From Catajapyx aquilonaris (taxonomy: Eukaryota), in the NCBI GenBank assembly GCA_000934665.2, contig JYFJ02004441.1, positions 1-32,293 on the forward strand: DNA of 32,293 nucleotides, in the 5' to 3' direction. Below the pieces are notes generated by a model, which was not told where the DNA came from, ran no database searches, and worked only from the letters and a program-made list of their open reading frames with translations. Every line of letters starts with the position of its first letter. Position 1 is the stretch's first letter. The position numbers and the translations under genes were made by a program. This document shows, in pieces, positions 22,641 through 32,293 of the stretch.

Positions 22641-23622
22641 CTATAGAAAATTGCACTAATAATGATTGGCTTGATTCAGATTCAGATATAAGTAATTTAA
22701 ATTAAGTTCCAAATGCCAGCTTTCTCAGTGTGTGTGACACCCATTTTAACAACAGTAACAGTGTAGACATGAAGATGATCTTATATATTTTTATTTGGTT
22801 TAACGGTGCGTAGAATTCACCTAAAAATATTAATTATATTAAAGGCGATGACTCGATTGCCGTCAAATTCTGAAAATTTTCCAGCCTCGGTATGTTACTT
22901 ACCAGGACTAAAATTATACGTGACATTTGGGGTCAATTCTGGAGGGTAACATTGCCCCAATATATTGCCCGAATAAATTGAGGAAGTTACTGAGAGAATC
23001 AATCACGAATGGAATTCCCAAGTTTTTCCCCATTAATCATTGGTTCTCATGGTGTCCTCCTCCATGCAAATTTCCTCTGTAAAGGAGTAAGCAGCAGCCT
23101 TACATTTAAATAGTTAAATTGAACCTTCCAGCGCATTCCAATGGACTGACTCAATTCCTCAATAATTTTCCGTCTATATATAGGCCTACTGAATGTGCTT
23201 CCATTACATGCCACAGAAGTATATAAATGTATTGAAAATTATCCGCTTTGCCTAGACAAAAGTTCCAAAATGGGCCAATTTCCGCTGAAGCAGGATTTTT
23301 AAGAGGCAGGGTTTTCATTATAAATTACATTTTGTAATGTCAGTAATATATTCTGTCGTCATACCAAAAAATGCACATCTGCACATTGCTATATATGGTC
23401 GTGTTTTCTATGGAGTAGTCTTGCCCAAACGACCTTACAGCAATGTGCAGATGGCAATAATATCCTCCATATTAAGTAGCTCCTGAAATTATCCGCTATT
23501 AAAATAATTAATATGTAGTTTATAAAATAATGAAGATCTGAAATGTATAGAACATAGCTGCATTTTGGTTTAAAAAACTGATTTGGGGAATGAAGGCCCG
23601 TATGCATAATATATTTTCGAAT

Positions 23623-23747
23623 GGGGAGTCGAGGTTGACCTCCGGCTTGATTGGAGGTTAAATCCGCCCTGTCCGTATACATAATGGCAGTTTAACGCCG
23701 CATCGCGTGGTAAAGTTGCACCCGGAATCAACCCGAGTTTACTCCCC
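23623..23747. repeat. Degenerate inverted repeat, probable old MITE core
   Basis: GGGGAGT..GGTTGA..TCCGG versus CCGGA.TCAACC...ACTCCCC. Confidence 0.45.
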
Positions 23748-24105
23748 CACCAGGGTTACGAGCGTTCGAAAATTGCGGGCAGAGTCACTTGGAGGAGGCT
23801 GTCTATACGGATCTCATATCAGTCATATGGATGCTTCGGAACACGGTCTGAGAGACAAGGACACCTCACAAAGTCGTACGATGCTTGTTCATTCCTTTTA
23901 TCTCAAAATGAGGCAAATGTGTACTTGATAATTTTCTGCTTTTCATGTTTTCAAATAATAATTAATAGTCCATTACCGTATTATTTAATTCAGTTTCTCC
24001 CGTTTATCTCGGCATCCTTTTTGAGTTGTATAGTGGCGACAGTGTGTTATGTGGGCTGGTCCGATCCGGACTGTTGACCTGATTCAAGGAAACTTAGTCT
24101 AAGTT

Positions 24106-24664
24106 GGACGGTGTTATGCAACAAGGAACCAACCCTAATTTTTTCAAAATTTCCATGTTGTGCATTGCTGACCAGCTGCCAGCTTCACATGTGTCCTGCA
24201 ATAAAGAACCAAGCCACACCGCTGTGGTTGACTGTAATGAGTACTGCAAGAAGGAACCAACACACATTCAAAATACCGGTAGTATGGCTTGGTTCCTTTT
24301 TGCAGATCGTAGACCGTTTGACCTATATGAACATAATCGTAGAAACATACTGTACGTCAATGCAGGATATTATGGAATACTGTATGGTGTTTACAATACT
24401 ATTGACATCGTTAGTAATATGACTTCTAGACATGTTACATTAAACGCAAGAGAACCAATCCTGATTTCGGGGGTTTACCGTTACCTACTAGAATGGTCTG
24501 ATATTTCTCAAACACCTTCATTTAAGTTGTAATGATACCCATGTTCTACGCTGAGGCCTTTATGAATATTTTAATCCCCCCTTTTTAAAGACAGGTTAAA
24601 CTTAACTGTACTTTCTGGACAATCATACTTCTGTTGGTTGGTTCCTTGTTGCATAACACCGTCC
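24106..24664. mobile_element. MITE with 29-bp perfect TIRs and a 4-bp TSD (Sola-like)
   Basis: AGTT|GGACGGTGTTATGCAACAAGGAACCAACC...GGTTGGTTCCTTGTTGCATAACACCGTCC|AGTT; internal AARGAACCAA repeats in both orientations. Confidence 0.9.
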
Positions 24665-25349
24665 AGTTACCTCCAACCTTATTGCCGAGGCTGGTAGTAA
24701 TTATATAAAAAAAAGCTGTTGGTTTGTTACACCTTACCACAACCAGGCAGAAAAAGTCGAGGGAAAATTTTGAGAGGCGGCTTTTGGGACATTTTCATTT
24801 TGATTGATTTTTGAGGAAATAAAGAAAATATTGTTCTGATAATGATGCTTTCGCTAAACGCAACTTTAGTCAAAATCGGAGTGAAAACGGAGGATTGCCA
24901 AATGCGGTGGAGGAAAAGAAGGCGGAAGCACGGCGGGGATTTTCTACAGGTGGGTCTCGTCCTCAGGAGGATCTACGTGAATCCGACACCCGAGGACTGG
25001 AAAGAAAATTGGCTTCACTCTCGGTCATTCCATTGAGTATGACATAAAGCCTTCTGGATTATAGGTCCACGTTACTCCATCTCAGGCAAATTAAATATTT
25101 GAATGAGGCGCGTATACCTTTTTCATCTCATTAGTTTCAAATCAAGTCAACACCAAAAGAGATGCTCTACTCATGAATAAAAATTCTGCGTAGGAAGGCT
25201 CAATAATTATTAGTAATATATCATTTCCTGGTGAGGGAATGCTAATTATAGGAGCACCTTAGAAAAAGGTGGAGGATGAACTAAGACTCGAAACAAAAAA
25301 AATATCATAATTTTCATTACGTAAGGTATTATCATTAGTATGCATGGCA

Positions 25350-25780
25350 AAAGACCAGACTCTGTATATTTACCATGCACTTCACAAAGCTAAATTAAGC
25401 TTATAATTATCACGAATTGATTAGCCCTGGGGGGCGATTGGCAGAGTTGGAACTCCTAAGAGACTGAAACAAATGAAAACTACAAATAGTTATCACCTGT
25501 AATATGGCAAATTTTATAAATCATTAAAATGCTTCAGCCACTTAACCAGTCATGAATCGCTCTACAAACGCAACAATCGTGTGGGAGTTACAGGAATAGG
25601 ACCCCATGCCCATCAAAAATTCATTAGAGGCAGGGCACGCACATAGCATTAGCAATAACTCATCTACGACATGTTAATAAAGTTAATTACATATCCAAAC
25701 GTAAACAATGTCGGAGATATAATTTGATGATTAAACCAATAATGAAATAATTGGAGCATCGCCCCCGTAAGTGCATCAAT
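25350..25780 (-). pseudogene. Possible decayed CR1-type RT C-terminal remnant
   Basis: Ordered weak motifs GAML...WFNHQI (..LGV.LD..L.F..HI), WGP (..WSP) and LLGVPTL...LI*LCEVHG (..L.L.TL..RR...L..LYKI.HG). Confidence 0.35.
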
Positions 25781-26047
25781 ATGATTAGAGAGCTACCGTG
25801 CTAGTCCTATACTCTTTATTTATGCCGCGATATGCATAAAAAGTCAGATCATCTTCTCTCGGATCTAGGCGCGTACCTACGGGGGGGGGGGGGGGGGGTN
25901 CCCATGGGACTGGTAACGTGGTAAGGACATTAGCGTTCGCCGCGTTAGATCGAGATTTCCTCGAGATTTCCCGTGTAAAAGGGTGGGCCTCGCGGTATCA
26001 CCTCGGAATGTCGGGTGTCCTGTAAGGCAATGCCTCACTATTTCTCA

Positions 26048-26541
26048 CAACCAAACTAACTCTTCTTACCCTCCTAAACTTCGAAATTTTTTGGATTTTC
26101 TAATTCTGCTTGACCTATAGTGTTGTGTAAACATCACCTCTGCTGCTAATTTTCACATTAGTAGGGTCCAAATATAAGCCAAAAGACCGAAATTCCGAAG
26201 CCACAACACCTGCATCTGGTCGCTGGTCGTCGCGACTGATATCAGTGATATGTAAATGATTGATTGAACTTGATTCATAAATTGCTACACAAAATCTATT
26301 TCGAAGCGTGTGGGGTCATATTCTACTTGCGCGAGCCACCCTAGAGCGCACTACAGTCGCGGCGACCGGCGACCCGCGACCGGCTGCTAGGTGTTGTGGC
26401 TTCGGAATATCGTATTTAGTTTGTATTTTGACGTGAGAATTAAGAGTAGAGATGATGTTTTCACAACACTATAGGTCAAGCAAAATTAGAAAATCCAAAA
26501 ATGTTCAAAATTTAGGAGGGTAAGTAGAGTTAGTTTGGTTG
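26048..26541. mobile_element. Foldback MITE with ~190-bp TIRs and an apparent 3-bp TSD (TCA); superfamily unclear
   Basis: TCA|CAACCAAACTAACTCT...AGAGTTAGTTTGGTTG|TCA; arms ~26048-26238 and ~26354-26541. Confidence 0.88.
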
Positions 26542-26663
26542 TCAGAGGTCAGAGCCAGGGTGCAAAAATTGTACTATGGTATGGATCACCTTTTCCCGGA
26601 GGAAATACCAAAATCCAGGAAATCGGTACTTGGAGCCGTATATCACTTGGCGGTTAAATAGCA

Positions 26664-27170
26664 CAGCGGTTCTCAACCGGTGGGGCAGGGGGCTTGAAGA
26701 GGTGACAGGGGGGGGCGGTGGCGAATCCAAAAATTATGTGACTCGAAACAGTCGCAAAAGTCGCACCGATTAGGTAAGAACGGGTAAGAACTACTTCTCA
26801 CGGCTTACTGTAGAGTGCAGTTCTACACAATTTGTGCAGTTCTAAAATCCAAATGTGCAGTTCTGAATAAGGATTTGTGCAGTCAGAAAAGAGCAGACAA
26901 GTCTGTTATATCCGGATTCAACTGCACTTGTACAATGTACATTGGCACTGCTGGAAATATGAAGGGACCGACATTCTACTTGCTTATATCCGATGTTCTT
27001 ACAGGATGATTCCACTGTACTTTGTCAGTTATTACATTCACCTAAGCTTGTGTGACCTTGAACCCCAAAAATTTCCGCCTGCGGCGGGCTTGTTGAATTG
27101 GGGGCGTGCGGACGATCTCTGAAATTACTTTCCAGGGGGGGGCCGATGTGGCAAAGGTTGAGAACCGCTG
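26664..27170. mobile_element. hAT (Charlie-like) MITE
   Basis: Perfect 15-bp TIR CAGCGGTTCTCAACC / GGTTGAGAACCGCTG. Flanks share ATAGC but there is no clean 8-bp TSD. Internal TGTGCAGT repeats at ~26815-26885. Confidence 0.85.
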
Positions 27171-28029
27171 ATTATAGCAGCTATATAGTTATCAGTTATC
27201 CCGTGAACGCGCGTAGACTCCTACAAGATCAAACACCCCCCACGAAAAGGTTCTAGGTACGCGCCTGCTCGGATCCCTTTTCTTCAAACATTTCTCCAGG
27301 GCATTTATGTCAGAACTCAGAAACCTTGCTCATCAAAAAGTGTGCATTACGCGACCAAGACTTTTGCATTTTACATTCCACATACATATTGGGAGGGTAG
27401 AGGTATTGCCTCCCTTCCTTCTCCAGGGTCACTGCTCATAATTCGTTGGGTGGTTAAATTTAACAATTTGGGACAAGCTGGGCGATATCTCATAACATGG
27501 GCCAAACCCATGTTCCAGTCCCCCAGACCACTCTCCTCCCTTGAACCTTCTTCCCCCCTCCCCAGCCCCCGCCCGCAACCTCCTCTCCTGTTCCCAATTG
27601 CCCCACACCTTATACCTGATGGTTTCAATTGCAGCTAATGACCGTGGGCCCTGAGACGGCAGCTTCGGTGGGCTCCGCTTGGTAATAGAATCCCAGGGAG
27701 GCTTTTAGTTCCCCTAATCCAATTAAGGTGGAAGGGCAGGGTTATGGAGCGTAGGTAGAGACTAGAGTATAGGTGGAGGTGGGGGGCAAGGAGACTAGGT
27801 GGTCAATAATTCAGTAACTTCCTGGCCTCCCACAAACGCTAAAGGTAAAGAGGGGGGGAGAGAAATTAACTGGAAGCAATTCATCGTTTCATCATTCTGT
27901 ATAGAGTGGCAGTCCCCCCGCGGTGCATTTTGCGTGGCTCTCATTTGCAAACCGAACGGATACCACTAACGAGGTGTAACCACGCCTTCGTCTGCTTTGA
28001 CACTGAAATAGTGATGTTTGTAACCCCCT

Positions 28030-28410
28030 CCCTCGCACGTGTTAGCTATATTCAGTCACCGTAGGGTGACTCGTGATAGGAAGGGTGATTTGTTTCAAGA
28101 CCAGCCTACTTGCACTCAATACGAGTGTGCATGGGCATCGTACTAATATTACAGTATTGTGAAAACTTTCAGCTATGTCGTCGCTCCCTAAGAAAATGGA
28201 GCAAGCGGTATGTCAGCTGAAAAAGCCACCTTAAGAGCTGGAAAATGCACTCACCTATCAAGACTAGTAAGAGGCCTAGAGTAGTACGACCTTGTTGACA
28301 CTCGGCAGCCCGTAGAAAACTTATGCTACCAGGTCTGGATAAGAACCCTGGGCTAAGGAGGTGCATCTAGGTGGAAAACTAGCGTGAAAAGTCAACCGAC
28401 GGCGAATCCA
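28030..28410 (+). ncRNA. Candidate structured RNA (possibly a retroelement 5' UTR or ribozyme-like module); unassigned
   Basis: Dense complementary segments found by eye, including a three-way junction and a crossing helix (see findings). Strand inferred from G-U pairs. Confidence 0.4.
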
Positions 28411-28942
28411 ATTAGAATCTGGAGGTGAGAGGGAGAAGGAGGGGTGAGGAGAATTGGCTGCTGGGTGGGAGGAGAGGTAGAGGGGAGGGATGAAAGCAGG
28501 GGGAGAAGCAGCCAAGGGTGGTCCATTGTCACTTATTAATGTGTACAGGGTGTTTCTATTCAAATTTACGTCTTTTTATCGATATTCTGGCACTAAGCTG
28601 CTCATTTTAAGCAGCGATATTATTTTAATGATTATCAAAATGTAGGTGGAGCGAAAAAAACCAAAGTTGTCCGATTAATCGCACGGGGTGTCAAGAGTTG
28701 TGTATGGACAAGTGTAACACTGGTGAATTTTTTTAGAATTTACGTACTTCATCTTCATTTGTCGCCAGAGCCTTCAAGTTTCGCAATTTTTGCTAGAACA
28801 ACACATATTACATTATACAACACGATTTTTGTTCATGGAAATTCATCGCTATTTCCATGTTGCATAGGTCACTGGTAACTCATAATTGACCATTCATTTT
28901 GTCTGGCATTTGTTTTTGACCTTGTGGCAGTTGCAGTCAAAA

Positions 28943-29232
28943 AACCACCATTTTTCCTTCAATTTTCTATTTTTCTTCTAACTCCGGTGCAAGGATGAAA
29001 GGACATGGGGTAAGGGTAGGGATTTTTGGGGAGGGAACATAGGTGCAAGTGCAATGTCTACAAATGGGTCATGTGCTGTCCCCCAGGAGGTTAGGTTGCC
29101 AGACACCTCCTTGGTGCAGGTCAGAGACCCTCCTGACGCAGGTGAAAGGAAAGTTCCCCAGGCGGGGATCGAACCTGGGGCCTTTCACTCAGCAAGCCGA
29201 GACGTTACCATCTCGGCCATCTACACCTCCCC
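28943..29232 (-). mobile_element. tRNA-derived SINE (family B), lacking its 3' tail
   Basis: Homologous to 11114-11397; B box GGTTCGATCC (29166-29175); 11-bp TSD TGCAGTCAAAA (28932-28942 and 29233-29243). Confidence 0.9.
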
Positions 29233-29922
29233 TGCAGTCAAAAGAGCAAATTCCTCGAAATAGTGCATATGGGTCATTCTGAATCAAGTTTCAGCCAAAT
29301 TACGCAATACCTTGGGAGGGGAAAAATCGCGAAATTGAGGAAAATAGAGAAAATCAGGCCCTTTTGTATAATTTTTTCGGTTAGTGGAAGTGGTCAAACA
29401 CCAATAAGAAATACATCAAATGAAAGAGGATCACGAGGGGAATGCGTCTATCGAATTAGTTCTCCTCTCAAATGTAACCAGAAAATTTCAAAATTAATTA
29501 ATAATACTGATCGGGTAAGTATAGCTGTTATTTGGTGTAAAATATCTTGCCCATATCTTCAGAGTTCGCGTAAGTGGAAAACTAAGCGATGGCCGGTATA
29601 GCTGGGGCTCAAGGGGTTAAGGTTAAACATGAGAACCAGAAAGTATAACGAAGTTACCCCACAAACTCCTTATTTTAGACAAAAAATTTCGTCTTTACAG
29701 TGATATATATTTCATGAAATATATTGATCATTTATAATGTCGTATTAGGGAAAACATTTTGTCATTTTTTGTCATTTTGGTTCATTTCCTTAACTTCGTA
29801 AAGTTCTCTGCTGCTGATTTTGTTAGATTCTCTTTTGGATACCCATAATTTCGAATTGTACAGTAGCCTACCCTATAAGGGCCGGACCATAGTTCAAAGC
29901 TTTAAATAATAATAATATCCGT

Positions 29923-30304
29923 GGATTGACTTTGTGACAAGTTGATGCTGTCACAAAGTCACCCCACAAAAGTATGAAATTCATCCTACACATCAAGTTC
30001 AATCTTGCATTTTCTTCTATCATTTCTTAGCCAATGAATTGGTCTCAAAATAAGTTACATGTTTTACTCTCATCGCGATTATGCCGGTCGCTGCTAGGGA
30101 AAGTAATCGGATGAAGAGCCGCCAATCCTCGCAGTTTGCAAACTTGGAATTACCTCCGACAATGCGCGAGGTATGGGAGCTTTCCTAGCTGACTGCTAGG
30201 TGGCACCACATGCTCGGCCATCTACTGGCTCTGGTTTCAGTCAAAAACTTAAAATAATAGTGGCGCGAGAAGTGAAAAACTGATTTATCACAAAGTCATC
30301 CCCC
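29923..30304. mobile_element. MITE with TGACTTTGTGA terminal/subterminal repeats; exact ends uncertain
   Basis: TGACTTTGTGACA (29927-29939) is inverted locally at 29949-29961 and again as TCACAAAGTCATCC at ~30288-30301. Confidence 0.6.
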
Positions 30305-31263
30305 CCCTATGGTACTTTGTAATACGGTATTAGATTGCAATGACCCATCGTTTTTGATGTCTGTGATGGACGTGAGATGTTAATTATTTCAATGGTCCAT
30401 TAATTCCAATCAGATATTCATTCCGTTTCAGATCTTGGGCCGCTGATTTAATTCGGCCTAATATAAGTAGCCAAAACTTTTGATAACCACTAAAATAACT
30501 AATCCAAAACGGGTTAAATTAAGCAGCTTACTGCCAAAAATTTTGTCTTCTAATACAACAGAATTTTGAGCGAAGATGAAAATAATTGCCCGATGTGAGC
30601 TAGTTCATCTCCATGATATATCTTACTTCACGTTTGAACTTGTAACCTAATAACGAAATTTGGACAAAGACAGAAAATTTATTAATGTAGTTCTTATGAT
30701 ACTGTCCCGTAACGTGTAACACATACCGAGTTTCAGAAAAATAAATGGCCTCCGCAAAATAGCGATAAACTTCTGGAAGTAATGTGATATAATTCCGTGG
30801 AATTGTCTGTCGTCAATAATGTACCACAGTGCCGGTTTTACTAATACCGGGTAATGAGCTCTTTATCATCCTGCACTTGTAATCTACAAAGATTTTGACA
30901 AAGGCAATGGGGGGTGGGGACAGGTTTCACCACTGCACTGCCGCCTTCATAGTGAAAACTGTCTACGACTGCCGGTTTTAGGAAGCTTGGTGAAATCGGA
31001 GAGGAAGTTATTACCGCAGTCTAACTAATATATTTCATCTCAGAGTTGATATTTCATATTCTCTATAATAATTTCACAGCTAGCTAATCTGTTCCTTCTC
31101 AATAGGAGTGACAATATGGCCCAGAAGTTCATGCCACAGTCATGAAGGCCTGTGACCACTGAGTTCAAACGTTCAAACCCTAATATGGGAACCAGTTAAT
31201 ATGGGAAAGAAAAATTCCAGTTGCTATTCCTGTATTATTATTATTATTATTATTATTATTGCC

Positions 31264-31972
31264 GTATTACCACAAATAAAGCGGCATGCCGGTGTAGCCG
31301 AGGTCAACCAGTTGTAGAAATCACGATCTGGTGGCTATACCGGCATGCCGGTATAAGGTGAGGTTTTCACATAAGTTACATTAAAGCTAGGTTCACCTAG
31401 GCTGACGAACGAAACGAACGAAGCGCTACCGTGGACCAATCGGAGCTACCGACCTTCCCTTCCGTTTCCACCAATGGGAGAGGCAGGAAAGAGGCGCGGT
31501 CCTTCGTCTGCCTCCGGTAGAGGCGCTTCCGGCGCTACCCCCACTCGCCAGCCACCACCCCGGCCTGCTTTCCGGCCTCCCCATTGGTGGAAACGAAAGA
31601 AACGGACCGGACTACCATAAAAAGTTCCGTAAAGGTTATCGAAAAGGCACATTTTCCGAATATATTGTTTTCAATTGCAGTGTCTGGCAATAATCTCAAA
31701 GAAGGCTGACGATGGGATTGGTCACACAATATACATTTTTATATGCAACTATGCAACAGAACTTGCATATTCTCACAGCCTGTACACTCGCACATTTCCA
31801 TCGTATCATATTTAAGTACGGTACTAGAAGCATTCCATTAAAAATGACAAGAATCAAAATTACGGGAATCTACCTCGGTTATTGCGTCATGCCGGACGGC
31901 CACTCCCGGGCTATACCGGCATGCTGGTCGACCTCGTTTTATACCGGCATGCCGCTTTATGTGAGGTAATAC
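31264..31972. mobile_element. MITE with ~48-bp TIRs and palindromic CCGGCATGCCGG repeats
   Basis: GTATTACCACAAATAAAGCGGCATGCCGGT...ACCGGCATGCCGCTTTATGTGAGGTAATAC; ATACCGGCATGCCGGTAT at 31337-31354. Confidence 0.85.
31385..31620. mobile_element. Nested, truncated PIF/Harbinger-like MITE
   Basis: Starts TAA|AGCTAGGTTCACCTAG; internal inverted repeat CGTTTCCACCAATGGG.GAGGC / GCCTC.CCATTGGTGGAAACG. A similar end (CTAGTCTGAACCCAGCT with CGTTCGTTTCG) occurs at ~4171-4226. Confidence 0.5.
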
Positions 31973-32149
31973 ATATTATTACATCTCAATCCAATGAGAA
32001 AAGACCCGAGGCAGGCAGTTCAGACGAAGCGAAGGTGGCCAAGATGTTGTGCAGCAAGTTTAAGAGGCGCTACTTTACACTTGCAGAAATGGTCAAAATC
32101 ATACTTTTTATGGTATATCTGGCAACAAGGAGACAGCAGAAGAATATTA

Positions 32150-32293
32150 TGGTCTTTTTTTTGGTCCAGCGCTAATTTTGCATTTTTGTGTAATTTCACC
32201 CAAATAAACCTTCTTCACAATCTCCTCCTCCTTCATCCTCTCCACATGGCCAAACCACCTTAGAGTAGACCTACACACCTTATCTTTAACAGT
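32150..32293 (-). pseudogene. RTE-clade LINE reverse transcriptase C-terminal fragment (continues beyond window)
   Basis: Minus-strand translation from 32293: TVKDKVCRSTLRWFGHVERMKEEEIVKKVYLGEI, containing the characteristic RTE LRWFGHV.RM motif. Confidence 0.85.

Larger units (their letters stand above)
25866..27267. mobile_element. hAT-type non-autonomous element hosting two nested MITEs
   Basis: TIRs TAGGCGCGTACCTA / TAGGTACGCGCCTG; perfect 8-bp TSD CTCGGATC (25858-25865 and 27268-27275); subterminal G and C runs. Confidence 0.92.

Noticed and set aside
25881..25900. 18-nt G run as a special feature
   Set aside because: It is adjacent to an N, so its length is unreliable, and it is the subterminal G tract of the hAT element.
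28226..28400. Group I intron, HDV-like ribozyme, IRES or rRNA fragment as the identity of the structured segment
   Set aside because: There is no P7/R element in the required position and no HDV P3/P1.1 (TCC..GG) arrangement. IRES and mitochondrial rRNA resemblances are only isolated short words.
28546..29620. Complete elements from orphan ends TA|CAGGGTGTTTC (28546) and AAGGGG|TTAA (29611-29620); also GAAACATCCTG|TA near 15416
   Set aside because: Matching opposite ends were not found, so boundaries cannot be supported.
417..32263. ORF track entries as host genes
   Set aside because: All are 142 aa or shorter, and most overlap repeats or low-complexity DNA. I saw no recognisable host domain and no consistent exon chain. 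A small exon cannot be excluded without RNA-seq.

Overview
This is AT-rich metazoan genomic DNA, most likely arthropod or insect, from an intron or intergenic region. I found no intact host protein-coding gene, no real tRNA or rRNA gene, no CRISPR array and no prokaryotic features. The window is a dense mosaic of mobile-element debris. It holds about 15 MITEs and non-autonomous DNA transposons (Tc1/mariner-, pogo-, hAT-, piggyBac/Kolobok-, Sola- and Harbinger-like; several nested, many with readable target-site duplications, TSDs). It also holds five tRNA-derived SINEs of four families, including a V-domain SINE and a Talua/Lm1-like SINE. Heavily decayed coding remnants include CR1/L2-type and RTE-type LINE ORF2, a DIRS/Ngaro-type tyrosine recombinase and a Sola2-type transposase. 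Between these lie a few repeat-free islands rich in purine/pyrimidine tracts, plausibly host cis-regulatory DNA. The most interesting unexplained signals are a ~380-nt densely base-paired, possibly pseudoknotted RNA-like segment (28030-28410), module sharing and a common 3' stem-loop among the SINE families, and repeated CTCF-like motifs carried by MITEs. All family assignments come from manual reading and recalled motifs; no database search was run.
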